A stretch of 63,656 nt of DNA, the filler included. It is 4 parts of 4 records of this genome, joined end to end, with 100 filler letters (N's around TTAATTAATTAA, not from the genome) between each part and the next. Parts side by side here need not be neighbours in the genome. Positions count along the whole stretch, not along the records: positions 10,079 to 26,423 come from SRR9188677_154; positions 26,524 to 46,090 come from SRR9188677_156; 2 more parts are not named here. One strand, 5' to 3'. The notes below the pieces were generated by a model. The model did no database searches and was not told the origin of the DNA. It worked only from the letters and a program-made list of their open reading frames with translations. The position numbers and the translations under genes were made by a program. This document shows positions 21,543 through 32,672 of the stretch, piece by piece. The stretch's first letter is position 1, and every line of letters starts with the position of its first letter.

Positions 21543-21752
21543 ATGAAAAAAAAGCCTCTTATGCTAACAGCAGAATCCGTTGAAGTCTTAGTAACTAATA
21601 TCGTCGAAGAATTATTGAAAGGACAAAATACTTACAAATCAGAAACAGACGCACTGAAACGAAAGATTAAAATTGGTATGCTTAGAACACTTACCTATCA
21701 AAAATTAATCAGAAAACAGCAACTCATTAACACTAGTCAACAGAACAACTAA
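21543..21752 (+). CDS. Small hypothetical protein
   Basis: 69-aa ATG ORF filling the gap between the MFS and the second uvrA, with an A-rich upstream context. Confidence 0.5.
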   Translation: MKKKPLMLTAESVEVLVTNIVEELLKGQNTYKSETDALKRKIKIGMLRTLTYQKLIRKQQLINTSQQNN

Positions 21753-21797
21753 TCCATTTTAACTTTACCGCCATAAAGTTTCAATGTGTAAGTTAGT

Positions 21798-24683
21798 TCA
21801 GATTTTTCCTTTCAAAAAGTTAGCCGTATAATTCCCTTCTATCTTCGTCATTTGTTCGGGTGTTCCCTCAAAAGTAACAAAACCTCCTTTTTCCCCTCCT
21901 TCTGGTCCCAAGTCGATGATATAATCTGATGACATTATCACTTCCATATTATGTTCAATGATAATGACAGAATCTCCCTGTTCTACCAAAGCGTTGATGG
22001 CTTTCAATAATTTTTTGATGTCGTGAAAATGTAAACCCGTAGTTGGCTCATCAAAAATGAAAAGCGTTTTGCCTTTGTTCGGATTGCCTTTTCCTAAGAA
22101 ACTCGCCAATTTTACTCTTTGGGCTTCTCCGCCCGAAAGTGAATTGGACGATTGCCCCAATTTTACATAACCCAAACCTACTTCTTGTAAAGGCAATAAT
22201 TTGTCGGCTAATCTCGGTTGGTCTTTTTTGAAAAGTTCAATCGCTTCATCGACGGTCATGTCTAATATATCTGCAATGTCTTTCTCGTTGAATTTTACGT
22301 CTAAAATTTCTTGTTTAAAACGTTTTCCTCCGCAAGACTCACATTTCAATTTTACATCGGCCATAAACTGCATCTCAATCGTCACAAATCCTTCGCCTTG
22401 ACAAGTTTCACAACGCCCGCCTTCTACGTTGAACGAGAAATGCGCAGGTTTATAACCTCTGGCTTTGGCAATTGGTTGTTCAGAATACAATAAGCGAATT
22501 TGGTCATAAGCCTTGATGTATGTCACAGGATTTGAACGAGAGGATTTCCCAATTGGATTTTGGTCAACCATTTCTACGGCTTCAATCTTGCCAATACTTC
22601 CACTGATTTCGGCATATTTTCCTGCTTCGTCGGTATAAGTGCCCAAATGACGACCCAAAGCTGGATATAAAATTTTACGAATTAACGTAGATTTTCCAGA
22701 ACCACTTACACCTGTTACAGCCGTCAAAATTCCCAAGGGAAACTTAACACTCACATCCTTTAAATTATTCTCGTAAGCCCCTTTTACTTCGATAAAACTG
22801 GTTGATTTTCTACGGAATTTTGGTACTTCTATGGTATCGTGTCCTGTTAAAAAATTAATCGTGTGCGAAAATCTAGCTTCTGGTTTTGCTTTCGCTTCAA
22901 TATCATTAATGGTTTCCCAGTTTCCTTGAAAAACCAATTTTCCACCATTACTCCCAGCATCTGGACCAATATCAATAATTTGGTCAGCCGCACGCATGAC
23001 TTCTTCTTCGTGTTCTACCACGATTACGGTATTGCCCATATCTCGCAGAGATTCCAAAACAGAAACTAATCTTTGGGTATCTCTTGGATGCAAACCGATA
23101 GAAGGTTCATCTAAAATGTACATCGAACCCACCAAAGCACTACCCAAAGAAGTAGCCAATTTGATGCGTTGAAACTCGCCGCCCGAAAGTGTTGAAGATA
23201 AACGGTTGAGTGTTAAATAGCCTAAACCGACTTTCTCCATGTACTCCAAACGAGTTTCTATTTCTACTAAAATTCGTTTAGAAACACCATATTGATAATC
23301 AGGCAAATCAAGGTTTTTGAAGAAATCACTTACATCACTCAAAGGCATAAGTACCAAATCAATAATTGACTTCCCTTCGATTTTTACATATCCTGCATCT
23401 TTTCGCAAACGAGAACCCTTACAATCTGGACAAGTAGTTCGCCCACGATAGCGTGAAAGCATTACTCTGTATTGAATCTTGTGTGTTTCTTTTTCGAGCA
23501 TCGCAAAGAAATCATCCAGACCTTGAAAATATTCATTTCCCGTCCAGAGTAGTTCCTTTTGTTCGTCGCTTAAATCTTTGTAAGGTCGATGAATTGGGAA
23601 ATCGAATTTTGCCCCATTTTTCAATAATGGAATCAGCCATTCGCTCATTTTATCGGTTCTCCACGGAGCAATCGCTCCTTCGTAAACCGAAACACCTTTA
23701 TCGGGAATGATTAAATCAGGGTCGAGTCCGAGAATTCTACCAAAACCTTCACAACGTTTACAAGCACCATAAGGATTATTAAAGCTCAATAAATTCAAAG
23801 AAGGTTCTTCAAAAACAATTCCATCGGCTTCAAAACGGTCGGAGAATACTTTCGTTTCATCGCCTACAATTTCTACAAAACAAGTACCATTTCCCTCAAA
23901 AAAAGCCGTTTGGATAGAATCTGAAAGACGAAATTGCGTTTCCTCCTCTGGTTGTCCATCGGCTTCTTTTTTTATCACCACACGGTCAATGAGAATTTTA
24001 TAATTATTACTGAATAAATCTATCGCAGGCAAATTTTTAAGTGCTGCTTTATCGTCTAAAAGTTCTTCTAAAAATTTGGTTTCGCCATCAATCACAATAC
24101 GAGTATAGCCTTTTTGAAGTAAAATTTTCATTTCTTCTGAAAGCTTGCGTCCTTCTTTCAAGTAAAGTGGCGACAACACCATTACTCTTTGTCCTTCGTC
24201 TTTTGTAAACAAATAATTCACGACGTCTGTAACGGTATCTTTCCGTACTTCATTTCCAGAAATGGGCGAAAATGTTGTTCCAATTCTAGCAAAAAGTAAT
24301 TTGAGATAATCGTAAATTTCGGTAGTAGTTCCTACGGTAGAGCGTGGATTTTTACTCGACACTTTTTGTTCGATGGCGATGGCTGGTGAAATACCTTTGA
24401 TGTAATCTACATCAGGTTTTTCCATTCGCCCTAAGAATTGACGAGTATAAGAACTTAAACTTTCAACGTACATTCGTTGCCCTTCGGCAAAAAGAGTATC
24501 AAAAGCCAAGGACGATTTCCCGGAACCCGACAAACCCGTAATCACGACCAGTTTGTTGCGAGGAATGGCAACATCAATATTTTTTAGATTGTTTACTCTT
24601 GCCCCTTTGATGATGATAAAACGTTTAGGGTCAAGGTCTTCAAATGCAGTATGATTCTGGTTGATGATTTCGGTATTGTTCAT
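21798..24683 (-). CDS. uvrA: Excinuclease ABC subunit A, second paralogue
   Basis: [38 protein letters not shown] and LSGGEAQR; start MNNTEI. Confidence 0.93.
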   Translation of the reverse strand: MNNTEIINQNHTAFEDLDPKRFIIIKGARVNNLKNIDVAIPRNKLVVITGLSGSGKSSLAFDTLFAEGQRMYVESLSSYTRQFLGRMEKPDVDYIKGISPAIAIEQKVSSKNPRSTVGTTTEIYDYLKLLFARIGTTFSPISGNEVRKDTVTDVVNYLFTKDEGQRVMVLSPLYLKEGRKLSEEMKILLQKGYTRIVIDGETKFLEELLDDKAALKNLPAIDLFSNNYKILIDRVVIKKEADGQPEEETQFRLSDSIQTAFFEGNGTCFVEIVGDETKVFSDRFEADGIVFEEPSLNLLSFNNPYGACKRCEGFGRILGLDPDLIIPDKGVSVYEGAIAPWRTDKMSEWLIPLLKNGAKFDFPIHRPYKDLSDEQKELLWTGNEYFQGLDDFFAMLEKETHKIQYRVMLSRYRGRTTCPDCKGSRLRKDAGYVKIEGKSIIDLVLMPLSDVSDFFKNLDLPDYQYGVSKRILVEIETRLEYMEKVGLGYLTLNRLSSTLSGGEFQRIKLATSLGSALVGSMYILDEPSIGLHPRDTQRLVSVLESLRDMGNTVIVVEHEEEVMRAADQIIDIGPDAGSNGGKLVFQGNWETINDIEAKAKPEARFSHTINFLTGHDTIEVPKFRRKSTSFIEVKGAYENNLKDVSVKFPLGILTAVTGVSGSGKSTLIRKILYPALGRHLGTYTDEAGKYAEISGSIGKIEAVEMVDQNPIGKSSRSNPVTYIKAYDQIRLLYSEQPIAKARGYKPAHFSFNVEGGRCETCQGEGFVTIEMQFMADVKLKCESCGGKRFKQEILDVKFNEKDIADILDMTVDEAIELFKKDQPRLADKLLPLQEVGLGYVKLGQSSNSLSGGEAQRVKLASFLGKGNPNKGKTLFIFDEPTTGLHFHDIKKLLKAINALVEQGDSVIIIEHNMEVIMSSDYIIDLGPEGGEKGGFVTFEGTPEQMTKIEGNYTANFLKGKI

Positions 24684-24884
24684 GAAACAAAGATAAGAAA
24701 TTCTGAACTGTGAAAATTGGCTTTTCAACAATCAAATAATGATAAAAGAGGCAAGAAAATAAACCTATTTACTTAGAGACAAGTTTTCTAAAAAGATTGT
24801 TTCGTGCTTTACAAGAAAATAGATAATCTTTGCGTTAAATTAGCAGATTCTATCAACGTTTCTAAGAAAAAATAAAATATAACC

Positions 24885-25451
24885 ATGCAAAAATTACTTT
24901 TTATCATTCTAATCTCTATTACTGCTTATACTACTTCTTATTCACAAGCTCCTGTTGTTATCAAACAAGATAGTTCTGTTCGAGATTTAGACGAAGAACA
25001 AGATGTTAGAGATTTACCTTTTAGCCAAAGAATACGTTTTGGTGGCGGACTTGGCGGTTTGCAATTCGGAAACCCAACAGTAATTGGTATTTCGCCGATG
25101 GTTGGTTATCAAGCTACTAATGATTTTATCGTTGGTGTTGCGGTTGACTATCAATATTACAAACAAAGAAACTTTGCTTCGCTAAATCAATATGGGCCAA
25201 GAGTTTTCGGACAGTATCGTTTACATTTTTTAGATGATATTGCCTCAAATATGTTTGCTCAAGCAGAATTGCAAAAGTATTATTACAAACAAGCTGGGAA
25301 TTCGTATGAGTATCCTGTTCAAACTTTAGCTGGAATTGGCGTTGGTTTTGGCGGTTTTCAGATTACAGCCTTATACAATTTTACTTACAAAGAGTATAAT
25401 TCTCCTTACGGAAGTCCGTTGGTATTACGTGTTGGTGGATTTTTCTTCTAA
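24885..25451 (+). CDS. Putative small outer-membrane beta-barrel protein
   Basis: Signal peptide, alternating aromatic/Gly strands and a C-terminal Phe. Confidence 0.65.
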   Translation: MQKLLFIILISITAYTTSYSQAPVVIKQDSSVRDLDEEQDVRDLPFSQRIRFGGGLGGLQFGNPTVIGISPMVGYQATNDFIVGVAVDYQYYKQRNFASLNQYGPRVFGQYRLHFLDDIASNMFAQAELQKYYYKQAGNSYEYPVQTLAGIGVGFGGFQITALYNFTYKEYNSPYGSPLVLRVGGFFF

Positions 25452-25475
25452 AGAATACTTTATTACAATCACATA

Positions 25476-25504
25476 AGGCGGGTTTTCAATCCGCCTATTT
25501 TTTT
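25476..25504 (+). terminator. Rho-independent terminator
   Basis: AGGCGG...CCGCCT followed by ATTTTTTT. Confidence 0.7.
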
Positions 25505-25510
25505 GAAAAA

Positions 25511-25762
25511 ATGCAAGCAAAGAAAAGCCCTTTCGACAAACTTCGTCCAATTCTGCTGGCTGTTATCGTCGGTATTTTATCTATATTTCTATTGGCAGAA
25601 ATTATCTTATTAGGCTTTTTAGGCTACATTTGGTATGTAAATCCTGAAAATGTTAAAACTGATTATCTTGAAGAAGGTATAATTGGCTTAATCATTTTAA
25701 CCATTTTGACTTATTTCTTAAAAATGAATTTTACAGGATTGAATAACAAGAGTAATTTCTAA
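25511..25762 (+). CDS. Small two-TM membrane protein
   Basis: 83-aa ORF with two hydrophobic segments. Confidence 0.6.
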   Translation: MQAKKSPFDKLRPILLAVIVGILSIFLLAEIILLGFLGYIWYVNPENVKTDYLEEGIIGLIILTILTYFLKMNFTGLNNKSNF

Positions 25763-25809
25763 AAACACTGGCAGGACAATTTGTAAAAAACTAAATAAGT
25801 AAATTATTG

Positions 25810-26423
25810 ATGAATAAAAACATACAAAAACTTTATCAACTAGCTGGAAAAACTTCTCGAAAAATTATTGGTTTAATGTCAGGTACTTCAATGGATGGAC
25901 TGGATGTAGCACTTTGTGAAATTTCAGGAAGTGGCGAAGACACCGTTGTTAAACTATTGAATTTCGAAACTGTTGATTATTCCGAAGCCATCAAAACGGA
26001 AATCAGAAAAGTATTTGCCAAAAAAACGATTGATTTTCAACATTTAGCTTTACTGAACGAATGGATTGGTTTATTGCATGCTGAAATGATTTTGGATTGT
26101 CTAAAAAAGTGGAAAATTGATGCTGATGAAGTAGATTTGGTTGCCTCTCATGGACAAACTGTGATGCACGCTCCTAAAATTTTGCATCAGCAAGAAATGT
26201 TTCCGAATGCCACTTTACAAATTGGCGACGGCGATCACATCGCTGTAAAAACAGGTATTATTACGCTTTCTGATTTTAGACAAAAACATATTGCTGCTGG
26301 TGGCGAAGGGGCTCCTTTAGCCGTTTATGGAGATTACTTTATTTTCGGAAAAAAGGGTGAAAACCGCATTATGCTCAATATGGGCGGTATTGCCAATTTC
26401 ACTTTTTTACCTGCAAGTATGAA
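25810..26423 (+). CDS. anmK: Anhydro-N-acetylmuramic acid kinase, 3'-truncated
   Basis: IGLMSGTSMDGLD, SHGQT, DFR...AAGGEGAPL and NMGGIAN. Confidence 0.93.
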
Positions 26424-26523
26424 NNNNNNNNNNNNNNNNNNNNNNNNNNNNNNNNNNNNNNNNNNNNTTAATTAATTAANNNNNNNNNNNNNNNNNNNNN
26501 NNNNNNNNNNNNNNNNNNNNNNN
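26424..26523. other. Artificial contig-join spacer
   Basis: N-run with TTAATTAATTAA; abrupt AT-rich to GC-rich change. Confidence 0.98.
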
Positions 26524-26524
26524 G

Positions 26525-26632
26525 TTCATCGGCGTGCAATTCCACCCCGAACTGAAATCCAAACCCTTCGCGCCCCACCCGCTGTTCGCCGATTTCATCA
26601 AGGCAGCGGTCGATATCAGCCGGTTGGTCTGA
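26525..26632 (+). CDS. pyrG: CTP synthase, C-terminal fragment
   Basis: Translates as [35 protein letters not shown]; not in the ORF track. Confidence 0.88.
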   Translation, partial: FIGVQFHPELKSKPFAPHPLFADFIKAAVDISRLV

Positions 26633-26657
26633 CGGCATCGAGACCTGCTAAAATCAA

Positions 26658-26681
26658 AAGGGCGGGGTAATCCCCGCCCTT
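26658..26681. terminator. Terminator hairpin between pyrG and the convergent gene
   Basis: AAGGGCGGGG-TAAT-CCCCGCCCTT perfect stem. Confidence 0.75.
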
Positions 26682-26706
26682 CGTCATATATCAGGTCTGT
26701 CGCGGC

Positions 26707-27003
26707 TTACTGGCCGACAACTTCCTGCATCACTTCCAGAAGCGGGCGGCTCGGATCGGCTTCACAGGCTGCCGAAGCATCCGTGATGTTGACCTTCAGA
26801 CGCTCGGCGTCAAAGGTCGAATCGCCCGCCACGCCGCCGGTATAGCCGTCCATCCACATCAGGATGGTGCCGATGGTGTCACCATCCAGCGCCGCGATTT
26901 CACCGCAGGTCGCGGCGGCCAGATCGATCGGCTCGGCATGGGCGGGAAGGGCAAGCCCGAAGCCAAGTGCGGCAAGGGCAAGGATCGATGTCGTTTTCAT
27001 CAT
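26707..27003 (-). CDS. HdeA/HdeB-family periplasmic chaperone-like protein
   Basis: Signal peptide, IDL...TC, WMDGY and a second Cys (AC..DP). Confidence 0.7.
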   Translation of the reverse strand: MMKTTSILALAALGFGLALPAHAEPIDLAAATCGEIAALDGDTIGTILMWMDGYTGGVAGDSTFDAERLKVNITDASAACEADPSRPLLEVMQEVVGQ

Positions 27004-27150
27004 TCACTCCGATAATTATGTCACTCGCGAAGCGGCGCACCCCGCGCCGTCCCCGCGCATTACGCTTATCTACCCCCATCAGGACAAGGGCCGAATCGCA
27101 AAAACTATCCAGAATTTCGCTACGTCCCGACCTTTGCCGCAGCCAAGGCC

Positions 27151-27807
27151 CTAGCCCATCGACGCGGCCAGCACCGGCTCCACCTGATGCCACCCTTCCC
27201 AGATCATCTTCAGCGCGACATAGACGATGATGGCCAGCCCTACATAGGCGATCCAGCGGTAGCGGTTCAACAGCCGAGCCACGAAACTCGCCGCCAGCCC
27301 CATCAGCGCGATCGACAGCACCAGCCCCACGACCAGCACGGTGGGATGCTCGCGCGCGGCCCCCGCCACAGCCAGCACGTTATCAAGGCTCATCGACACG
27401 TCCGCGATCACGATCTGCATCGCCGCCTGACGGAAGGTCTTTTGCGGCCCCGCCGCAACCGTTCCGTCGCGGTCCAGATCATCCCCCGTCAGCGCCTCTT
27501 CGGCGCGGTTGTCGTCGCCATGCCCCTCGCGCAGCTCGCGCCACATTTTCCAGCATACCCACAACAGCAGGATGCCCCCTGCCAGCAGCAGCCCCGTCAT
27601 CGCCATGAGGTAACTTGTCGCCGTGGCAAAAACGATCCGCAGCACCGTTGCCGCGATGATGCCAACCAGAATGGCCTTGGTCCGCATCTCCTTCGGCAGA
27701 CCCGCAGCCGCCAGCCCGATGACGATGGCATTGTCGCCCGCCAGAACCAGATCGATGGCGATCACCTGCATCAATGCCGTCAGTCCGGCAGCGGTAAAGA
27801 TTTCCAT
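27151..27807 (-). CDS. TerC/YjbE-family membrane protein
   Basis: IDLVLAGDNAIVI and IADVSMSLDNVLAVAGAA. Confidence 0.92.
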   Translation of the reverse strand: MEIFTAAGLTALMQVIAIDLVLAGDNAIVIGLAAAGLPKEMRTKAILVGIIAATVLRIVFATATSYLMAMTGLLLAGGILLLWVCWKMWRELREGHGDDNRAEEALTGDDLDRDGTVAAGPQKTFRQAAMQIVIADVSMSLDNVLAVAGAAREHPTVLVVGLVLSIALMGLAASFVARLLNRYRWIAYVGLAIIVYVALKMIWEGWHQVEPVLAASMG

Positions 27808-28034
27808 AATGTCTCCAAGCGTCAGTGCCCGTCCTGCCTACGCCTCCGTTAAAAAATCGGCAACATGGCTTGAACAGGATATGCATCGGTTGTGCATCGC
27901 GCCTTGTTCCTGCTTCCTGCCGATTTTTGTCATCGGGCTTGGGGGCGTTTGTGCAAAACTGTGCATCGCCTGTGCATTGCACCGCACCCCCGCAACACCT
28001 TGCCGAAGGCCCGCCAAACCGCTAGCCAAAGCCC

Positions 28035-28811
28035 ATGCTGTCTTACCAACACATCTACCACGCGGGGAACCTCGCCGATGTCCAGAAGCACGCGCTTCTG
28101 GCCTTTGCGCTCGATTACATGACCCGCAAAGACAAGCCGCTGACCTATATCGAAACCCATGCAGGCCGCGGCGTCTATGACCTGACCGCCCCCGAAGCCG
28201 CCAAAACCGGCGAGGCGGCTGCCGGAATATCCCTTCTGGAACAGGGGTTTCCACCTGACCACCCCTACCTGCGCCGTCTGTCCGAGACCCGCGCGCTCTT
28301 TGGCGATGCCGCCTATCCCGGCTCCCCCCTCGTCGCGGCCCTGTCCCTGCGCGATGGCGACAGCCTGCACCTTGCCGAACTCCACCCGCAGGAACACGCA
28401 GCCCTCACCGCCAACATGGGCCGCTGGGGCCTGAACATCGCCAAACGCGACGGTTTCGAAATGGCCCTCGCCCTGACACCCCCCACCCCCCGCCGCGGGT
28501 TGATGCTGATCGACCCGAGCTACGAAGTGAAGGCGGATTACGCCAACATTCCCAAGACCATAGCCCAGATCGCCCGCAAGTGGAACGTGGGCACCATAGC
28601 CCTGTGGTATCCCCTCCTCCTCGACGCCCCCCACACCCCCATGCTCCGCGCCCTCATGGCCGACCACCCCGATAGCTTCCGCCACGAACTCCGCTTCCCC
28701 CCCGTCCGCGACGGCCACAAGATGACAGGCACCGGAATGTGGTTCCTGAACCCGCCCTATGGCATCGAAGCCGAAGCCCAACGCCTTGAAGCACTTTACA
28801 AAAAGCTCTGA
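28035..28811 (+). CDS. rlmJ: 23S rRNA m6A2030 methyltransferase
   Basis: MLSYQHIYHAGNLADV.KH, ETHAGRG, YPGSP, IDPSYE and WYP. Confidence 0.93.
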   Translation: MLSYQHIYHAGNLADVQKHALLAFALDYMTRKDKPLTYIETHAGRGVYDLTAPEAAKTGEAAAGISLLEQGFPPDHPYLRRLSETRALFGDAAYPGSPLVAALSLRDGDSLHLAELHPQEHAALTANMGRWGLNIAKRDGFEMALALTPPTPRRGLMLIDPSYEVKADYANIPKTIAQIARKWNVGTIALWYPLLLDAPHTPMLRALMADHPDSFRHELRFPPVRDGHKMTGTGMWFLNPPYGIEAEAQRLEALYKKL

Positions 28812-28882
28812 TCCGGCCGAAGTGACGGGGCCGTGACCCGCCCCGCCTTGCCCTCGAGCGGCGAGCGTCCTATCCTCCACCC

Positions 28883-29320
28883 ATGTTCGAAAACCTCCTC
28901 CGCAGCCTTCTGGCCCCCGCCCCGACCCGCCTGCCCGAACCCGACGCCCGCCTTGCGCTGGCGGCGCTTCTGGTCCGCATCGCCAAGACCGACGGCCTCT
29001 ATTCCGCCGAAGAGGTCGAACGCATCGACCGCATCTTGATGACCCGTCACGACCTCGGCCCGTTCGAGGTCGCCCGCCTCAGGTCCGAAGCCGAAACGCT
29101 GGAAGCCGAAGCCCCCGACACCGTGCGCTTCACCCGCGCCCTCAAGGCCGCGACGGATGTGGACGACCGCTCTGCCATGATGCAGGCCATGTGGTCCGTC
29201 GCCCTCTCCGATGGCCTCCGCGACGCCGAGGAAGACCGCCTTCTGCGCATGGTCGCCTCGCTTCTGGGCCTGACGGATGTCGAATCGAACCTCGCGCGGC
29301 AACGGGCCGAGCAGCAATGA
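28883..29320 (+). CDS. TerB-family protein
   Basis: LAALLVRIA..DG....EE and MW.VALSDG.RD..ED..LR..A.LLG pattern. Confidence 0.85.
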   Translation: MFENLLRSLLAPAPTRLPEPDARLALAALLVRIAKTDGLYSAEEVERIDRILMTRHDLGPFEVARLRSEAETLEAEAPDTVRFTRALKAATDVDDRSAMMQAMWSVALSDGLRDAEEDRLLRMVASLLGLTDVESNLARQRAEQQ

Positions 29321-30075
29321 TCGCCGCTCTTCCGATGTATGACCGCCCGGAAAACCGTGCGGTAACAGACCGTTATTGGTCGCTGATCCGCTCGGCCCTC
29401 GCTGCGCGCGGCATCGACGCACCCGATGCCCTGCGCCGTGGCGATGCCGACCTCATGCCGCAATGGACCGACCCCGCGCTTCTCCTCTCGCAGACCTGCG
29501 GCTTTCCCTACCGCGCAAAACTCCACGGCCACGTCCAACTCGTCGGCACGCCCGACTTCGGCGTGGCGGGATGCCCCGCAGGCCATTACCGCTCGGTCCT
29601 GATCGCCCGCGCCGATGACCCGCGCGACGATCTTGCACAATTCGACGGCGCCACCCTCGCCTACAACGACGCCCTCTCGCAGTCCGGCTGGGCCGCCCCG
29701 CAGAACCACGCCGCCCAACACGGCCTCACCCTCCGCGCCGGTCCCTGCACCGGTGCGCACGCGGCCTCGCTCGCTGCGGTCGCCGCAGGTCAGGCCGATC
29801 TCGCCGCCCTGGACGCGGTCACATGGTCGCTCCTCGCCGAACACGACCCGCAGGCCAAGGCGGTCAAGGTCATTGCCCAAACCGACCCGACACCCGGCCT
29901 GCCCTACATCACCGCCGCCACCCGCGACTCGGGCGCGATCTTCGATGCGATTGCCGAAGCCATCGCCGCCCTTGACGTAACGGAAAGCAAAGCCCTGCGG
30001 CTTGGCGGAATCGTAAGGATTCCCGCCGAAGATTATCTTTGCGTGCCCACTCCCGCCCCGCCCGGCGCGTTTTAG
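29317..30075 (+). CDS. PhnD/SsuA/transferrin-family substrate-binding-like protein
   Basis: Start MIAALPMYD (ATGA overlap with TerB), LSQTCGFP, YRS, SQSG, TGAH..S...VA.G.AD.AA.D. Confidence 0.8.
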   Translation: MIAALPMYDRPENRAVTDRYWSLIRSALAARGIDAPDALRRGDADLMPQWTDPALLLSQTCGFPYRAKLHGHVQLVGTPDFGVAGCPAGHYRSVLIARADDPRDDLAQFDGATLAYNDALSQSGWAAPQNHAAQHGLTLRAGPCTGAHAASLAAVAAGQADLAALDAVTWSLLAEHDPQAKAVKVIAQTDPTPGLPYITAATRDSGAIFDAIAEAIAALDVTESKALRLGGIVRIPAEDYLCVPTPAPPGAF

Positions 30076-30189
30076 ACCGTAAATTGATCAAATTGCCGCC
30101 CTCTCCTGCCCGAACCGCCGCAAAACGCGTTGCAATGCCGCAAATCCTGCGCCTTACTCGGCAGCCAGAATGAACAACGGCTGATATCA

Positions 30190-30972
30190 GTGCCCGAAAC
30201 AACCAGCGACACACCCGTTATCCGCATCCGCAACCTGCACAAGAGCTATGGCCAGCTCGAGGTGCTCAAGGGTGTAGATATGACCGCCCCGCGCGGCCAT
30301 GTTGTTTCGTTGATAGGCTCGTCCGGGTCGGGAAAGTCGACACTGTTGCGCTGCTGCAACCTGCTGGAAGACAGTCAGGACGGCGAGATCGAGTTCGAGG
30401 GCGAAGCCGTGCGCTGGCGCGGCCAAGGGCTGAACCGCCATCCCGCCGACCGCGCACAGGTCACCCGCATGCGGACAAACCTGTCGATGGTGTTCCAGCA
30501 GTTCAACCTCTGGTCGCACATGACCATCTTGCAAAACGTGATGGAAGCGCCCGTCACGGTGCTCAGGCGCGATCCGACCGAGGTGGAGCAGACCGCCCGC
30601 GCCTATCTGGCCAAGGTGGGCATCGCCGACAAGGCCGATGCCTGGCCCGCCCAGCTTTCGGGCGGCCAGCAACAGCGTGCGGCCATTGCCCGCGCCCTGT
30701 GCATGGAACCCCGCGCGCTTCTGTTCGACGAGCCGACCTCGGCACTCGACCCCGAGCTCGAACAGGAAGTCGTCAAGGTCATCAAAGCCCTCGCCGAAGA
30801 GGGGCGGACAATGATCCTCGTGACGCATGACATGAAACTCGCCGCCGATGTGTCCGATCACGTCGTGTTCCTTCATCGCGGCAAGATCGAGGAAGAAGGC
30901 CCGCCGGCAAACCTGTTCGGAAACCCGCAGACAGATCGCCTGCGCGGTTTCCTTTCGGCCACATCGGCCTGA
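30190..30972 (+). CDS. Polar amino-acid ABC transporter ATP-binding protein
   Basis: [24 protein letters not shown] and [11 protein letters not shown]; likely GTG start at 30190. Confidence 0.93.
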   Translation: MPETTSDTPVIRIRNLHKSYGQLEVLKGVDMTAPRGHVVSLIGSSGSGKSTLLRCCNLLEDSQDGEIEFEGEAVRWRGQGLNRHPADRAQVTRMRTNLSMVFQQFNLWSHMTILQNVMEAPVTVLRRDPTEVEQTARAYLAKVGIADKADAWPAQLSGGQQQRAAIARALCMEPRALLFDEPTSALDPELEQEVVKVIKALAEEGRTMILVTHDMKLAADVSDHVVFLHRGKIEEEGPPANLFGNPQTDRLRGFLSATSA

Positions 30973-31010
30973 CCACACCCATAACCAAAACCACCAAAGG
31001 GGAGTTACCA

Positions 31011-31733
31011 ATGAAGAAGATCATCCTTGCCACCGCGCTCGTCGCCCTGTCGGCGGCCACCGCCAGCGCACAGGACACCGTCCGCATCGCGACCGAAGGG
31101 CTTTACCCGCCCTACAACCTCGTGAACGACGCAGGCAAACTCGACGGCTACGAAGTCGATCTCGGCACGGAAATCTGCAAACGTGCCGCGCTTACCTGCG
31201 AATTCGTTCAGAACGACTGGGATTCGATGATGCCCAACCTGAACTCGGGCAACTTCGACGTCATCATGGCCGGCATGTCGATCACCGAAGAGCGCAAGGC
31301 CGACCGCCTGTTCACCCAGAACTACTACCCGCCGGCCATCTCGCTCTACGTCGCCAAAAGCGCCGATGTCGATCTGGCATCGTCGGTCGTGGCGGCCCAG
31401 ACCGCGACGATCCAGGCAAGCCACGTCGCCGAATCCGGCGCGCAGCTTCTGGAATTCAAGACGCCTGACGAAACCGTCGCCGCCGTCCGCAACGGCGAGG
31501 CCGATGCCGTTCTGGCCGACAGCGAATTCCTCGATCCGGTCGTCGCGCAGTCGAACGGCGAACTCGTCGTGGTCGATCAGGTGCAACTCGGCGGCGGCGT
31601 CGGCGCTGCGTTCCGCCAGTCCGACACCGAACTTGCCGCCAAGTTCGACAAGGCGATCGGTGAAATGAAGGCCGACGGCTCGATCAACGAACTGATCAAA
31701 AAGTGGTTTAAAGAGCAGGCCGTCCTGTTCTGA
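31011..31733 (+). CDS. Polar amino-acid ABC transporter substrate-binding protein
   Basis: Signal peptide, ATEG.YPPYN, WD.M.P.L..G.FD.I.AGMSITEER. Confidence 0.93.
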   Translation: MKKIILATALVALSAATASAQDTVRIATEGLYPPYNLVNDAGKLDGYEVDLGTEICKRAALTCEFVQNDWDSMMPNLNSGNFDVIMAGMSITEERKADRLFTQNYYPPAISLYVAKSADVDLASSVVAAQTATIQASHVAESGAQLLEFKTPDETVAAVRNGEADAVLADSEFLDPVVAQSNGELVVVDQVQLGGGVGAAFRQSDTELAAKFDKAIGEMKADGSINELIKKWFKEQAVLF

Positions 31734-31790
31734 TCCTGAAACAGGGAAAACCGGCCAAGCGCCGGTTTTCCCCCAGTGCCCGGAGGCCCG

Positions 31791-32672
31791 ATGTTCGCCC
31801 AATGCGCCGACCCCGCGGCCCTGAACGGCCCGATCTGGATGCTGTGCTACCTGACCTCGGGCAAGCACATGCTGTTTTACTACAGCTTCGGCACCGTCCT
31901 CACCCTGCTTGCGATCACTGCCCCCGTGGCCCTCGCCTTCGGCTTTGGCGGCGCCATGGCCGCACGTGCCCACAACCGCGCGCTCAGCCTGTTCGGCAAG
32001 GCCTACATGCTGATGGTGCGCGGCATTCCCGACATCATCTTCTTCATGTTCTTCGTGATCGCACTTGATCAGGGTCTGGAAACGCTGCTCCACCATGCCC
32101 GCTGCCCCGATTGGACCGATCCGATCCGCACAGGCCTCGAATTCAAGGTCTGCCCCGAGGCCAAGATCCCGCCGAACTCGGCCCCGCAGATCTGGCATCA
32201 AGTCTACGGCTTCTCCCTTGCCGTCGTCACCTTTGCCATCGTCTTCGGCGCGTTTGCCGCCAACGTGCTTTACGGTGCGATGAATGCCGTGCCCCGCGCC
32301 CAGCTCGAAACAGCCGAGGCTTACGGCCTGTCGTCGCGTCAGGTTTTCCGCCGCATCCTCGTGCCGCAGATGTGGGTCTATGCCCTGCCGGGCCTGTCGA
32401 ACCTTTGGCTGATTCTCATCAAGGCGACGCCTTTGCTCTTCCTGCTCGGCGTCAACGATATCGTTTTCTGGGCGCAAGAACTCGGCGGATCGAAGACCGA
32501 CGCCTATGCCTATCCGCATGATGACTGGCGGCTGTGGTATTTCCTGTTCCTTCTGTTCTTCTATCTGGGTTTCACCCGTGTCTCCGAAATCGTCCTCGGC
32601 CGGCTGACATCGCGGCTGTCGCGCGGGCAGGCCACGATGGCGGGCGAAGCGATGCGCAAGGTGGCTGCATGA
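31791..32672 (+). CDS. Amino-acid ABC transporter permease
   Basis: RGIPD, EAA-like QLETAEAYGLS, and LIKATPL. Confidence 0.9.
   Translation: MFAQCADPAALNGPIWMLCYLTSGKHMLFYYSFGTVLTLLAITAPVALAFGFGGAMAARAHNRALSLFGKAYMLMVRGIPDIIFFMFFVIALDQGLETLLHHARCPDWTDPIRTGLEFKVCPEAKIPPNSAPQIWHQVYGFSLAVVTFAIVFGAFAANVLYGAMNAVPRAQLETAEAYGLSSRQVFRRILVPQMWVYALPGLSNLWLILIKATPLLFLLGVNDIVFWAQELGGSKTDAYAYPHDDWRLWYFLFLLFFYLGFTRVSEIVLGRLTSRLSRGQATMAGEAMRKVAA

Noticed and set aside
27151-29320. Tellurite-resistance (ter) island
   Set aside because: The TerC- and TerB-family genes are divergent, separated by rlmJ, lack terA/D/Z partners and look like ordinary Rhodobacteraceae core genes.
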